Source: Flavobacteriales bacterium (GTDB lineage: Bacteria; Bacteroidota; Bacteroidia; UBA10329). Taken from it: a DNA stretch of 64,000 nt. Positions 30,101-40,580 of the stretch are shown here, in pieces. Every line of letters begins with the position of its first letter. The stretch's first letter is position 1. The stretch is from positions 7,499-71,498 of the forward strand of contig JAGYJL010000005.1 of the NCBI GenBank assembly GCA_018402015.1. Reading direction: 5' to 3'. The notes under the pieces are model-generated. The model made no database searches. It had not been told where the DNA came from and saw only the letters and a list, made by a program, of their open reading frames with translations. The position numbers were made by a program, and so were the translations under genes.

Positions 30101-32056
30101 GTGTTCAACGGAGATTTCTCACTAGGTAACGTTGGCTTCGGAAGCGATTACACTTATGCCACTAACCTGATTCCTGAGGCCTTATACAGTGTTGTTACAG
30201 ATGCAGGTGATGTGCATCCAGCGTTTGTCGGTACAGGACACACAGGTAATGCTCCTGTAGATAGCTTCTTAGTGGTAAATGGTGCTGGCACGCCAAATCA
30301 GAACGTCTGGTGTCAAACGGTATCCGTATCTCCAAATACGGATTATTACTTCGGGGCATGGGTAAGTACTGTTGTGGCCAGCAGTCCTGCAATTCTTCAG
30401 TTCTCCATTAATGGTCAGGTTTTAGGAACTCCGTTCAATGCACCTTTTAATACCAATAACTGGTCTCAGTTCTTTGAAGTTTGGAATTCAGGAACAGCTA
30501 CCACAGCTACCATCTGCGTGGTCAATCAGAACACTAATACTGGAGGAAACGATTTTGCCATTGATGACATTACGTTCAGCACCTTCTGTACCAATACCGC
30601 AGAAGTTACTGTAACCGTCAACCCGCTTCCTGTTGCCGATGCTGGTGAGGATCAATCTATTTGTATAGGTGATGTAACACAATTGGAAGGTGCTGGTGGG
30701 GTAACATATCAATGGGTTCCTCCGATAGGGTTGACAAACCCAGCTGATCCGAATACAGATGCATCCCCAGTTATCACGACCACCTACACACTTATTGTGG
30801 AGGACAATATTGGTTGTTCAGCTACGGATCAAATGACCTTAACTGTCAATCCATTGCCTGCTGCAAACGCTGGTCCGAATCAAGAACTTTGTATCGGAGA
30901 AAGCGTGGTGCTCCAAGGTTCTGGGGGTATAGATTACGTTTGGACGCCAGGAACCTACTTGGATGATGCTACTGCTCAGCTTCCTATTTCTACGCCCGAT
31001 CAGACCATTACCTACACTGTTACTGTAACAGATCTTAATGCTTGTGTCAATAGTGATGTGGTAACAGTTACCGTTAATCCGTTGCCTGTTGTAGACGCAG
31101 GATTAGATAGTATGATCTGCGCTAACGGAAGTTTAGTGCTTCAAGGATCTGGTGCAGCTACATATATATGGAGTCCGTTAGTAGGTCTAAGTGATCCCCA
31201 AAGTGCCACCCCAACTGCATCACCTCTGGAACCAACAACTTACTTCGTAACCGGAACAGACGTAAATGGTTGTGTGAATTCAGATTCCGTCAACATCACC
31301 ATTTTCGGTGTAACAGCAGGTCCGGATAGCGTTATATGTTTGAATGATAGCGTTCAAGCTTTTGTGAGTGGCGGCTCAACCTTTAGCTGGAGTCCTTCTG
31401 AAGGTGTAAGCGATACGGCTTCAGCATCGCCATTCCTTATTCCGTCTGTTGGTACAGATTATACGGTAACGGTGATAAGTGAGTATGGATGTGAGGCTTC
31501 TGCTGATGTTAGTATTGGTATTCTTACACTGCCTGTTTCTGCTTTTACTGCAGATTTTGAACCGAGTTGTGATGGCATCTACGCGGATTTCAATAATGAC
31601 TCTGAAAATTCGGAGACCTACTACTGGAGCTTTGGAGACGGAACTACTTCAACCGAGTTTGAGCCAACCCACACCTACGAGCCAGGACAGGGAAATGTCG
31701 TTACCCTCATTACTTACAATAATGACAGTCTTTGTGTCGATTCATTCACCGTAGATTATACCGGTCAATGGTTCGGAAACGACTCTATTGATATCAATTA
31801 CAGTAATGTATTTACTCCAAATTTCGATGGTATCAATGATTGCTTCCGACCAGGTTTTGATGGACGATTCAGCGATTGTTACCAGTTGCAGGTATTTAAC
31901 CGTTGGGGAGCGTTGATCTACGAATCTACTGGTGGGCAGAACCATTGTTGGGATGGCTACACCAAAGGAGGAAAGCGTTGTGATGAAGGAACGTACTATT
32001 ACATCGTATCTTTAAAGGGATACGAGAATCATGGATACGTCACACTTATTTATTAG
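27167..32056 (+). CDS. T9SS type B (gliding-motility-associated CTD) surface protein with PKD/Ig-like repeats
   Basis: Signal peptide then ATHIVGGELVY; many ADAGPD..C.G.SVQL.ASGG..Y.WSP repeats; CTD NVFTPNFDGIND...VFNRWG...WDG...GTYYY. Confidence 0.93.
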   Translation: MKRLLLLLITIFTFGIQQSSATHIVGGELVYTYLGASQYAVTLVVYRDCLGGQAAFDNPANVGIFGANGNLVQNLNFSLDSVVTIQSSINSSCVVAPNNVCTEAGYYTEIVTLPPVIGGYTIAYQRCCRNAVVQNITDPGDVGATYVATIPGSESQPANSSPFWSQLPPLYVCVNLPFQFNHSAFDQDGDSLVYSLCTPYEGASSGAPQPDPPAAPPYTQITWEPPYSLTDMMGGPVPLTINSVTGQINATADAVGTYVIGLCVREYRNGVLLGETRRGIQVNVVNCQAPVAIPDDVNEISPNSFINCTEFVEFNAFNSAGFDIWWDFGDPTTTADQATTQSTSWTYPGPGTYDLTLVVYNPINPNDPLCTDTVVQQVVVQDTVIPDAGPDQATCPGIPVQLGTAPIPGWTYQWSPSTGLDNPNIAQPTATITGPITYTLTASDAVGCTGSDEVNITLLSNANADAGPDVQVCSGDSVQLNATGGVDYLWIPNLFIDNVNISNPNVYPITTQPYIVAVTNSDGCIGIDTVIVEVLSPQLTVSADETICFGDTTQLSASGANTYIWSPNTDISNINVADPLVWPTVTTTYLVDAVDANGCELQGPVVVTVQALPVADAGPDASVCDGESIQLSASGGTNYTWTPSGTLSNPSVANPIATPTANTVYTVTVSDQLGCENVDSVAITVDPLPVADAGADGIVCNGIGVQLNASGGSTYSWSPVIGLSDASISNPIALPAVPTSYVVTVTDANSCTASDTVFVDIFTVDAIGDTIICIDDAAQLGVLGGTSWTWSPATGLSDSNAQFPTANPTTTTVYTVLADDGTGCLATDSVVVVVNPLPTAFAGFDQGVCAGSTAQLNATGGVSYQWTPAAGLSNPNISSPVVTFSSDTVTYVVIVADAIGCVNSDTVTVWQEPLPDAIAGPDTTICFGQSVQLFSGGGETYIWDPTTGLNNPNIQNPVASPATTTTYTVTVGQTTGNLVFNGDFSLGNVGFGSDYTYATNLIPEALYSVVTDAGDVHPAFVGTGHTGNAPVDSFLVVNGAGTPNQNVWCQTVSVSPNTDYYFGAWVSTVVASSPAILQFSINGQVLGTPFNAPFNTNNWSQFFEVWNSGTATTATICVVNQNTNTGGNDFAIDDITFSTFCTNTAEVTVTVNPLPVADAGEDQSICIGDVTQLEGAGGVTYQWVPPIGLTNPADPNTDASPVITTTYTLIVEDNIGCSATDQMTLTVNPLPAANAGPNQELCIGESVVLQGSGGIDYVWTPGTYLDDATAQLPISTPDQTITYTVTVTDLNACVNSDVVTVTVNPLPVVDAGLDSMICANGSLVLQGSGAATYIWSPLVGLSDPQSATPTASPLEPTTYFVTGTDVNGCVNSDSVNITIFGVTAGPDSVICLNDSVQAFVSGGSTFSWSPSEGVSDTASASPFLIPSVGTDYTVTVISEYGCEASADVSIGILTLPVSAFTADFEPSCDGIYADFNNDSENSETYYWSFGDGTTSTEFEPTHTYEPGQGNVVTLITYNNDSLCVDSFTVDYTGQWFGNDSIDINYSNVFTPNFDGINDCFRPGFDGRFSDCYQLQVFNRWGALIYESTGGQNHCWDGYTKGGKRCDEGTYYYIVSLKGYENHGYVTLIY

Positions 32057-32066
32057 ACATACAGAT

Positions 32067-35000
32067 ATGAAAGAAAAGAGCCCGTTCAGATCGGTGCTCT
32101 TTGTTCTTTTTCTTGCTTTTGCTTTTTCGTCCAGCGCGGAGAATAAGCCTAAGTTCATTGAGAACAAAGGGCAGTTTCCAACTCAAGTGGAGTTTAAGTT
32201 ACGCGTGGCAAATGCAGATGTCTATTTCGAGCGAGATAGGCTGACCTTCAACTTTTTCAATTCAGAGCTTATTCATCAGCACGAAGAGGTTCATAAACAT
32301 AGTTCCGCCACGGGACATGCGTATGCCGTGTTTTTCGAAGGAGCTAATCCAGATGCTCAGGTGGTTTCTAGCGGGCTAACTTACCCTGATAAGATTAACT
32401 ACATCAGAAAGGATAAATCTGTAGCCGGAGTTCAATCTTTTGACCAATTAGTTTATGATGAATTGTACGAGGGGATTGATTTGCTTTACTACGGCAAGAA
32501 TGGCGACCTGAAGTATGATGTGCGTATTGATGCGGGAGCAGATGTTAGTGCACTGCAGATGAGGTATGAAGGCGTTAATCAAATCAAACTTCAGACTGGA
32601 AAGCTCATTGTTTCCAACACCTTCAATACTATTACGGAATACATCCCTTTGGCGTATCAGATTGCAAACGGGGCACAAGTAAAAGTAGATTGTGAGTATA
32701 AGCTCGAAGGGCAAACAGTAAGTTTTGAATTTCCTGATGGTTATGATGAAACCAAAGAGTTAATCATCGATCCGACACTTATCTTTTCATCGTACACAGG
32801 GTCAACGGCAAATAATTTTGGGTTTACCGCCACCTATGACGAGGATGGAGCACTTTACGGAGGAGGAATTGCGTTTGCTGAAATAGGAAATTCGTACCCA
32901 ACAACAACGGGGGCTTATTCTTTAATCAACTCAGGTCTTGTTGATATGGCAATCTCGAAGTTTGTTCCTGATGGAACATCGCTTGAGTATTCAACATACA
33001 TTGGAGGCGCAAGCTGCGAAGCTCCGCATAGTATGATTGTAAATAACCAAGGTCAGCTAGTAATTTTAGGTAGTACCAGCTCTTTGGATTTTCCTACCTC
33101 TGTTTCTGCGTTCGATAGCGATTTTAATGGCGGAACAGCAGTAAACTACACGGCTAACGGAACCAATTTTGAGAACGGTTCGGACATAGTTGTTGCAGTA
33201 TTAAGTGCTGATGGAACGACCTTAGTAGGCTCTACTTATTTAGGAGGTTCGCTCAATGATGGCTTGAATGAAGACGCTACGCTCAGCTATAATTACGGTG
33301 ATATCTTCCGTGGTGAAGTAATTGTTGATTCTCAAGACAATATCTACATCGCATCGAGTACGGTTTCATCAGATTTCCCAGTAACCTCTGGTGCAATTGA
33401 CCAAACCTTGGGAGGAACTCAAGATGCGTGTCTGGCCAAGTTCAATGCAGATGTTTCTGTACTAGAATGGTGCACATACGTTGGTGGTTCATCTGCTGAT
33501 GCGGGGTATTCCATGAAGATCAATTCCAATAATGAGATCTATCTGGCTGGTGGTACAACCAGTTTGGACCTTTTGGTAGATGCAGGAGCCCTCTTCAATA
33601 CCTATGAGGGAGGTACTGCAGATGGATTTGTTTATCGTTTTTCAAACGATGGGAATACACTTATCAGCAGTACCTACATCGGTACATCGGGTTATGATCA
33701 GAGCTATTTCGTGGAGGTAGATGATGACGATGATATTTACGTTTATGGTCAATCAACAGGAGCTTACCCCGTAACAAGCGGTACATATTCCAATACAAAT
33801 GGAAAACAGTTCATTCAGAAGATAACGCCAGATCTAACTACTTCAATCTATTCAACGGTTTTTGGAAGTGGAGCCTCCGCAATTAATATTTCGCCAACGG
33901 CCTTTTTGGTAGATATATGCGAGCGTGTGTTTGTATCTGGTTGGGGTGGTGGCACCAATAATAGTTGGAACACTGCTACGGGAAATACAGTTGGCTTGCC
34001 GGTTACCACCGATGGCGTGCAACAGACAACCGATGGCAGCGATTTCTACTTCATGGTTTTAGAGGCAGACGCTACGGCATTACTCTATGGTTCTTATTTC
34101 GGTGGAAACGGAATTCAGGAACACGTAGATGGCGGAACAAGTCGATTCAACGAGAATGGCGTCATTCATCAAGCGGCTTGCGCGGGTTGTGGAGGAAGTG
34201 ATGCTTTTCCAACAACACCGGGAGCGGTTTCCAACATCAACGGAAACAGCTGTAATCTAGGAGTAGTAAAACTCGATCTGGAGATAACTGCTGTTCAGGT
34301 AGAGATTTCTGGAAACGGAACAGAACAGGGTTGCGTGCCTTTTGCCGTGCAGTTCGAATCCGATCTCGTCAATGCCAGTAGCTTCATTTGGTATTTCGGA
34401 GATGGAGATACGTCTTCTGTAGCGAATCCGGGGCATATTTACACTGATCCGGGAGTTTACGAGGTTATGTTGATCGGTACAGATACATCATTCTGTACTG
34501 GCGAAGCTTTCACTGATACTGCTTTCGTAACAATAACGGTCAGTCTGCTTACCGATGCTGCAGAAGCGGGTATTGGCGGCAACCTTTGTCCTGGCGAATC
34601 GGTACAATTAGGAGACAGCGCCATTCCAGGATATTCCTACAGTTGGAGCCCATCAACTGGCCTGTCCGATCCAACCTCAGCACAACCCGTTGCAGCCCCT
34701 GATGAAGACACTCAGTACTACCTTACTATAACGAATGCGGATAATTGTGAAGACGTTGATTCTGTTCTTGTTACGGTTTTTAGCATTGCGGCTTTCCCAG
34801 ATACCACAATATGCGCCAACGATAGTGTTCAGGTGCAGGTTTTAGGAGGTTCCACTTTCTCATGGAGTCCAGTAGATGGAGTTAGTGACCCAACCATTTC
34901 GAATCCATACATAACAGCGGGATTCGCCAATCTATACACGGTAACAGCTTCTGATGGAACTTGTCAGGATACGGCCAATATCATTTTAGGCTTTCAGCCA

Positions 35001-35528
35001 GCGCCAACGGTGGCCTTTGATGTGGAAATAAGCCAGAGTTGTTTGGGCGATTCGGTTCGTTTTATCAATCTATCCGAAGGTGCCGATAGCTACAGTTGGA
35101 ATATTGGCGGAATGGAATCCTCGGAATTTGAACCCGTCATGTTGTTCGAACCAGGTGATGGTCCGTTAGTAACGCTAACTGCTTTCAACAATGCTGGAGA
35201 GTGTTCAGATTCAACCAGCATTGATTACATGAACGGTTGGTATAACGAAGATTCTGTGCTGGTATCCTACCCCAATGTTATTACACCGAATGGCGATGGA
35301 GTCAATGATTGCTTTCAGCCTGATTTTCATGGAGACCTAGATGAATGTTTTACGCTGAAAGTTTTTAGCCGCTGGGGAAGATTGCTCTATGATTCTGAAA
35401 AGATGGGAGGTACTTGTTGGGATGGAACGCAGCGAACCGATGATCTTGTATCCGAAGGCACGTATTATTACATAGCTACCGTTCGTGGCATAGATCATGC
35501 AGGGTTTCTCACGGTAATTTACGAATGA
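32067..35528 (+). CDS. T9SS type B surface protein with SBBP-like beta-propeller and PKD domains
   Basis: FIENKGQ, YDELYEGIDL, LIIDPTLIFSSYTG, repeated STY(I/L)GG, EHVDGGTSRF; CTD NVITPNGDGVND. Confidence 0.92.
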   Translation: MKEKSPFRSVLFVLFLAFAFSSSAENKPKFIENKGQFPTQVEFKLRVANADVYFERDRLTFNFFNSELIHQHEEVHKHSSATGHAYAVFFEGANPDAQVVSSGLTYPDKINYIRKDKSVAGVQSFDQLVYDELYEGIDLLYYGKNGDLKYDVRIDAGADVSALQMRYEGVNQIKLQTGKLIVSNTFNTITEYIPLAYQIANGAQVKVDCEYKLEGQTVSFEFPDGYDETKELIIDPTLIFSSYTGSTANNFGFTATYDEDGALYGGGIAFAEIGNSYPTTTGAYSLINSGLVDMAISKFVPDGTSLEYSTYIGGASCEAPHSMIVNNQGQLVILGSTSSLDFPTSVSAFDSDFNGGTAVNYTANGTNFENGSDIVVAVLSADGTTLVGSTYLGGSLNDGLNEDATLSYNYGDIFRGEVIVDSQDNIYIASSTVSSDFPVTSGAIDQTLGGTQDACLAKFNADVSVLEWCTYVGGSSADAGYSMKINSNNEIYLAGGTTSLDLLVDAGALFNTYEGGTADGFVYRFSNDGNTLISSTYIGTSGYDQSYFVEVDDDDDIYVYGQSTGAYPVTSGTYSNTNGKQFIQKITPDLTTSIYSTVFGSGASAINISPTAFLVDICERVFVSGWGGGTNNSWNTATGNTVGLPVTTDGVQQTTDGSDFYFMVLEADATALLYGSYFGGNGIQEHVDGGTSRFNENGVIHQAACAGCGGSDAFPTTPGAVSNINGNSCNLGVVKLDLEITAVQVEISGNGTEQGCVPFAVQFESDLVNASSFIWYFGDGDTSSVANPGHIYTDPGVYEVMLIGTDTSFCTGEAFTDTAFVTITVSLLTDAAEAGIGGNLCPGESVQLGDSAIPGYSYSWSPSTGLSDPTSAQPVAAPDEDTQYYLTITNADNCEDVDSVLVTVFSIAAFPDTTICANDSVQVQVLGGSTFSWSPVDGVSDPTISNPYITAGFANLYTVTASDGTCQDTANIILGFQPAPTVAFDVEISQSCLGDSVRFINLSEGADSYSWNIGGMESSEFEPVMLFEPGDGPLVTLTAFNNAGECSDSTSIDYMNGWYNEDSVLVSYPNVITPNGDGVNDCFQPDFHGDLDECFTLKVFSRWGRLLYDSEKMGGTCWDGTQRTDDLVSEGTYYYIATVRGIDHAGFLTVIYE

Positions 35529-36247
35529 GATATCTGTTAATTTTCTTCCTTTCTGTGCTTGGAGTCAATGTCTTAGCACAATCCAGCAATTCGCTCGACC
35601 ATATAATGGGCAAGGTGAGTTTTGCCGAAGATGATCGATTCAGTCTGATACCAACCTCCATAGCCAATAAAGAAGGAATGTATATGCGCACAGAGGCATT
35701 GGCGGCATTTCAGAAAATGAGAAAAGCTGCAGCCGAAGATGGAATTACGCTTCGAATCATGTCTGCTGCGCGATCATTCGACCATCAAAAAAGAATTTGG
35801 GAAGGTAAATGGAACGGAACGAGATTGGTTGAAGGGAAGAATATGAAAACCACTTTCTCAGATCCTACAGAACGCGCTCGTTACATCATGAAATACAGTT
35901 CAATGCCGGGTACTTCAAGACACCATTGGGGAACAGATATCGACATCAATTCTTTTAATCCCGAATACTTTGATTCTGGAAAAGGAGCAAAGGAGTACCA
36001 ATGGTTGGTTGATAACGCTCACAAGTTCGGTTTTTGCCAAACTTATACCGAAAAAGGCAAGGAGCGCCCAGATGGTTACGAAGAAGAAAAGTGGCATTGG
36101 ACATATCTTCCTATTGCCGAACCGTTGTTGATGTTTTTCAGGAAGAATGTTACAGCTGAGGACATACAAGGCTTTGATGGAGCTGGTAGCGTTCCGTTTG
36201 ACGAAGTGAAGAAGTACGTTTTCGGTATATCCAAGGAATGCCAATAA
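35525..36247 (+). CDS. M15B metallopeptidase (D-Ala-D-Ala carboxypeptidase, VanY-like)
   Basis: SAARSFDHQ, PGTSRHHWGTDID, WLVDNAHKFGF, EEKWHW. Confidence 0.92.
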   Translation: MRYLLIFFLSVLGVNVLAQSSNSLDHIMGKVSFAEDDRFSLIPTSIANKEGMYMRTEALAAFQKMRKAAAEDGITLRIMSAARSFDHQKRIWEGKWNGTRLVEGKNMKTTFSDPTERARYIMKYSSMPGTSRHHWGTDIDINSFNPEYFDSGKGAKEYQWLVDNAHKFGFCQTYTEKGKERPDGYEEEKWHWTYLPIAEPLLMFFRKNVTAEDIQGFDGAGSVPFDEVKKYVFGISKECQ

Positions 36248-36343
36248 CTGGCGTAAATCGTTAGTAACTGCTTGAATAATTCAGGTTTCCGAATTGTAGA
36301 CACCTTTTTGAAAGGATAACTTTGCCTTTTGAAAATCCAGTTG

Positions 36344-37873
36344 ATGCAGCAAACAATCCTGATCCTTGATTTCGGTTCGCAATACACACAATTGATTGCC
36401 CGTAGGGTACGCGAACTGAATGTTTATTGTGAAATCCACCCATTCAATAAGATTCCGGAACTGACCGGAGACATAAAAGGTGTGATCCTTTCCGGAAGTC
36501 CATCCTCCGTGCGGCAAGAAGGCGCGCCCACGCCCGATCTTTCAAATATCCGAGGCAAGTTGCCATTATTGGGTGTCTGTTATGGAGCACAGTACTTATC
36601 ATTTGCCAATGGCGGAAACGTGGAAGCTTCCGATTCGAGAGAATATGGTCGTTCCAACCTTTCGTTCTCAGATGGTTCTAACGAATTGATGAGAGGAGTT
36701 CCTGAAACATCTCAAGTTTGGATGTCTCATGGAGATACCATTACAGCTTTGCCAACCGGAGCTAAGATCATTGGAAGCACCAAGGACGTGCAGGTGGCAG
36801 CTTTCTGTTTCGAAGGCGAGAAAACATACGGTATTCAGTTTCACCCCGAAGTAACCCACTCGATTGATGGGTTAACGCTACTACGCAACTTTGTGGTCGG
36901 CATTTGCGGTTGTGATCAATCTCACACGGCCGATTCGTTCATAGATAGCACTGTTTCTCAGCTCAAAGCACAGCTCGGAAACGATAAGGTGGTACTAGGT
37001 CTTTCGGGTGGAGTTGACAGCAGCGTTGCCGCCATGCTTCTTTCTAAGGCAATTGGCAATAACCTGTATTGCATTTTTGTGGATAATGGCCTGTTGCGCA
37101 AGAATGAGTTTGAAACAGTTCTACAAACGTATCAAGGACTTGGTTTGAATGTAAAAGGCGTAGATTCCAAAGCCGAATTTCTTGGCGATCTTGCTGGTGT
37201 TTCAGACCCAGAGACCAAACGAAAGATCATCGGTCGCGTTTTCATTGAAGTGTTCGACAAAGAAGCGCACCTCATAGAAGATGTGAAGTGGTTGGCGCAA
37301 GGAACGATCTACCCAGATGTAATCGAGTCTGTTTCGGTAAATGGTCCATCCGCAACAATCAAGTCGCACCACAATGTGGGCGGGTTGCCAGAAAGGATGA
37401 AATTGAAGGTTGTTGAACCTTTGAAAACCTTGTTCAAAGATGAGGTACGAGAGGTTGGAAAACATCTTGGCTTGCCTGAGCGCTTGTTGGGGCGTCATCC
37501 ATTCCCTGGCCCAGGTTTAGCCATTAGGATATTAGGCGATATCACACCAGAGAAAGTCAGAATTCTTCAAGAGGTCGATTCCATTTTTATAAATGGATTG
37601 CTGGAACATGATCTTTACGATGAGGTTTGGCAGGCCGGAGCCATTTTCTTACCCGTTAATTCTGTTGGAGTAATGGGCGATGAACGTACCTACGAGAATG
37701 CTGTCTGTCTTCGCGCTGTTACTTCTCGTGATGGAATGACTGCCGATTGGTGTCATCTTCCTTACGAGTTCTTGGCCAAGATATCCAACGAGATCATCAA
37801 TAAGGTAAGAGGCATCAACAGAGTGGTTTATGACATATCTTCAAAGCCACCTGCAACAATAGAATGGGAATAA
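36344..37873 (+). CDS. guaA: GMP synthase (glutamine-hydrolysing)
   Basis: [53 protein letters not shown]. Confidence 0.99.
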   Translation: MQQTILILDFGSQYTQLIARRVRELNVYCEIHPFNKIPELTGDIKGVILSGSPSSVRQEGAPTPDLSNIRGKLPLLGVCYGAQYLSFANGGNVEASDSREYGRSNLSFSDGSNELMRGVPETSQVWMSHGDTITALPTGAKIIGSTKDVQVAAFCFEGEKTYGIQFHPEVTHSIDGLTLLRNFVVGICGCDQSHTADSFIDSTVSQLKAQLGNDKVVLGLSGGVDSSVAAMLLSKAIGNNLYCIFVDNGLLRKNEFETVLQTYQGLGLNVKGVDSKAEFLGDLAGVSDPETKRKIIGRVFIEVFDKEAHLIEDVKWLAQGTIYPDVIESVSVNGPSATIKSHHNVGGLPERMKLKVVEPLKTLFKDEVREVGKHLGLPERLLGRHPFPGPGLAIRILGDITPEKVRILQEVDSIFINGLLEHDLYDEVWQAGAIFLPVNSVGVMGDERTYENAVCLRAVTSRDGMTADWCHLPYEFLAKISNEIINKVRGINRVVYDISSKPPATIEWE

Positions 37874-37892
37874 TGCTTGTTTAGCATTCTGC

Positions 37893-39551
37893 ATGCTTCG
37901 CTTTTCTGTCATATCGGTCTTGGTCTTTTACCTGATGTCATTTTCGGCCTCGGGACAGGATTTTCAAGTTCAAAAAAGCGATAGCATTGCCAAAATTGAA
38001 GGGGAAGTTTACTCTATTCACGTAGTGGATTCTAAGCAGACCTTATTCTCAATTGCCAAGGCTTACGAGGTTAAATTGAGTCGGATCGCATTTGATAATC
38101 CGGGTGTTTTGGACGGATTGAAGCTTGGACAGGCGTTAAAGATCCTTAAAAGTGCTCAGGGCGAAACACGAGAATCGGAACAGCCAAAAGATGCCTTGGA
38201 GTTGGACGGAGAATACGTCTTGTATACGGTTCCAAAACAGCAAACGCTGTATTCAATTTCCAAGGAATACAACACAACTGTGAGCGCCATTTTAGATGCG
38301 AATCCAGAATTGTCCGAAGGACTGAAGGTTGGTTCTACTATACGCGTTCCGGTTCCAAAAATGTTGGGCGAATCGCACACGGCCAAAGTTGAAATGGTCG
38401 GTCTACCTGACATTGTTAAGCGACAGGTAATCAGTTCGTCCAAAGAGTTTGAGACGAGAACTCCTTCCAAGGGTTCGATTGCTTTGCTTCTCCCGCTTTA
38501 CTTGAACCAGAACGACACAATTCAAGCCCGTAAATTAGAGGAAGAGCCGGAGTCGGTGTACGAACGGTCTGAAATAGGATTGGCGTTTTACGAAGGGTTT
38601 TTGCTGGCACTTGATTCCTTGAAAAAGCTTGGTCATGATGTGAATTTGAAAGTCATCGATACCGAAAATAGACCTTGGAAAGTGCAACAATTGATAACGC
38701 AAGGAGCGCTGAAAGATATCGACCTTATTGTTGGCCCATTGTATGGAAAGGTTTTTAGCCAAGTACAGAAGTACGCACAAATGAATTGTATACCCTTGGT
38801 TTCGCCAACGCTTAAGGGGAACGATATTGTTGAGAACAATGATTACGTGCTGAAACTCATTCCTTCTGAAGAGACCATGGTATATGCATTGGGAGAATAT
38901 GTTTCTCAGTCGGATTCAACCAACAACATGGTTCTGCATTACGGTGCTGCTGATGAAAAAAGTATGCTTTCTCGATTTCGACAAGGTTTGGAAGCGAATG
39001 GAATGAAGCCGGCTAATTTTCCGGTGGCCAATATGTACAAATCTGGAAAAGACTCGGTTAGAAACGCACTTAGTTTAACATCGAGGAACAATCTCATCAT
39101 TTTAAGCAATAACGAAGCGCGGTTAGCAAGTCTGCTACGTAATATGTCCAATTGGACAGAAGAGGCATACATTGTGGGATACGCGCCCAACGCTTGGCAG
39201 ATGTTCAAGAATGTTGAAATGGATTATTTCGACCATTTCCGCATCCATGTTCCAACACCATTTTTTGTCAATTATGAAGATTTGGATGTTCAGTTCTTTG
39301 TACAGAAATTCAGAAACACCTTCCAAGCAGATCCTACCACATTTGCTTTTCGAGGATACGATCTTGCTATGCACCTCATCCCTAATCTCAGTGGAATTAT
39401 TGATCAAGGGCCAAGTTATCTTGAATCCGTTCAGGAGAAAGGGCTTCAAAGTGATTTCAACTGGCATAGAGTAGCTAATGGTGGCTTGGAAAATGCAGCA
39501 CCCAGAATTGTGGATTATACTGGATATCAACTTAAAATTGCCACAGATTGA
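37893..39551 (+). CDS. LysM peptidoglycan-binding protein with periplasmic-binding-protein-like C-terminal domain
   Basis: Two LysM repeats (QTLFSIAKAY, QTLYSISKEY...LKVGSTIRVP); IALLLPL, FYEGFLLA, DLIVGPLY, AFRGYDL. Confidence 0.88.
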   Translation: MLRFSVISVLVFYLMSFSASGQDFQVQKSDSIAKIEGEVYSIHVVDSKQTLFSIAKAYEVKLSRIAFDNPGVLDGLKLGQALKILKSAQGETRESEQPKDALELDGEYVLYTVPKQQTLYSISKEYNTTVSAILDANPELSEGLKVGSTIRVPVPKMLGESHTAKVEMVGLPDIVKRQVISSSKEFETRTPSKGSIALLLPLYLNQNDTIQARKLEEEPESVYERSEIGLAFYEGFLLALDSLKKLGHDVNLKVIDTENRPWKVQQLITQGALKDIDLIVGPLYGKVFSQVQKYAQMNCIPLVSPTLKGNDIVENNDYVLKLIPSEETMVYALGEYVSQSDSTNNMVLHYGAADEKSMLSRFRQGLEANGMKPANFPVANMYKSGKDSVRNALSLTSRNNLIILSNNEARLASLLRNMSNWTEEAYIVGYAPNAWQMFKNVEMDYFDHFRIHVPTPFFVNYEDLDVQFFVQKFRNTFQADPTTFAFRGYDLAMHLIPNLSGIIDQGPSYLESVQEKGLQSDFNWHRVANGGLENAAPRIVDYTGYQLKIATD

Positions 39552-40444
39552 GCTTAACGAAGGAAGAAATAGCAGCTTGGTTCCGGCAACTGCAGTTGCA
39601 TATATGTAGTGAGTTGGAGGCTGAGGATGGTAAAGCCAAGTTTAAAGAAGATAGCTGGGAACGTCCGGGTGGAGGTGGAGGTCATACGCGTGTAGTTCAG
39701 CACGGAAACGTATTTGAGAAAGGTGGCGTTAATTTTTCTGCCGTTCATGGACAATTGGCAGATAATATCGTTAAAGCTTTAGGTCTTGATGACAACCAAT
39801 TTTTCGCAACAGGAGTTTCAATCGTCATTCATCCCATCAATCCATTCGTTCCCATCATTCATATGAACGTTCGGTACTTTGAGTTGGGAGATGGAACCTA
39901 TTGGTTTGGTGGAGGAATAGATCTAACTCCGCATTACATCCAAGAACAGGACGCTCGTTTTTTTCACCAAGCACTGAAAAATACCTGCGATCGATTTGAT
40001 GCATCTTATTATCCCGAGTTCAAAAAATGGGCAGATGATTATTTCTTCATCAAACACAGAAATGAGACCCGAGGTATTGGTGGCATATTTTTCGACCGAT
40101 TGAAAGAAGACGAATTGCATACCAAACAACAACGTTGGGAATTTGTAAAAGCAGTTGGAGAAACATTTGCGCCAACATACAGGGCTCTTGTTGCCAAGAA
40201 TAAGTCTGCTAATTATTCTGATGAAAACCTCCGTTGGAGAAACGTGCGTAGGGGAAGATATGTGGAGTTCAATCTTGTTTATGATAAAGGAACCAAGTTC
40301 GGGCTAGAGACAGATGGTAGGATAGAATCCATTTTGATGAGTCTTCCCGAAACGGCTTCATGGGTGTATAATCATCAAGCAGAAATGGATAGCTTGGAGC
40401 ATGCAACGCAACAGCTTCTTGTTAAAGACCTTAATTGGGCCTGA
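39548..40444 (+). CDS. hemF: Oxygen-dependent coproporphyrinogen III oxidase
   Basis: WERPGGGGG, FEKGGVNFS, WFGGGIDLTP, RGIGGIFFD, RRGRYVEFNLVYD, ESILMSLP. Confidence 0.98.
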   Translation: MSLTKEEIAAWFRQLQLHICSELEAEDGKAKFKEDSWERPGGGGGHTRVVQHGNVFEKGGVNFSAVHGQLADNIVKALGLDDNQFFATGVSIVIHPINPFVPIIHMNVRYFELGDGTYWFGGGIDLTPHYIQEQDARFFHQALKNTCDRFDASYYPEFKKWADDYFFIKHRNETRGIGGIFFDRLKEDELHTKQQRWEFVKAVGETFAPTYRALVAKNKSANYSDENLRWRNVRRGRYVEFNLVYDKGTKFGLETDGRIESILMSLPETASWVYNHQAEMDSLEHATQQLLVKDLNWA

Positions 40445-40580
40445 TCTTTCGGTTTACTGAACTCAATTTGGTTATTTTTGGTTAGTTAAGGCTGAAAGTC
40501 AATTACAGCGTTAATAATAGGCAACCATAAACAGGCTCAGGCGTTCTTGGAATGAACGTCTTAATTGCTGTTTGATTAAC

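Noticed and set aside
35525-36247. Vancomycin resistance gene vanY
   Set aside because: Generic M15B carboxypeptidase with no van cluster context.
36248-36343. Purine riboswitch before guaA (likewise a preQ1 riboswitch before queE)
   Set aside because: Promoter-like elements lie within about 20 bp of the starts (TAACTTTG at 36317), leaving no room, and no aptamer consensus is visible.
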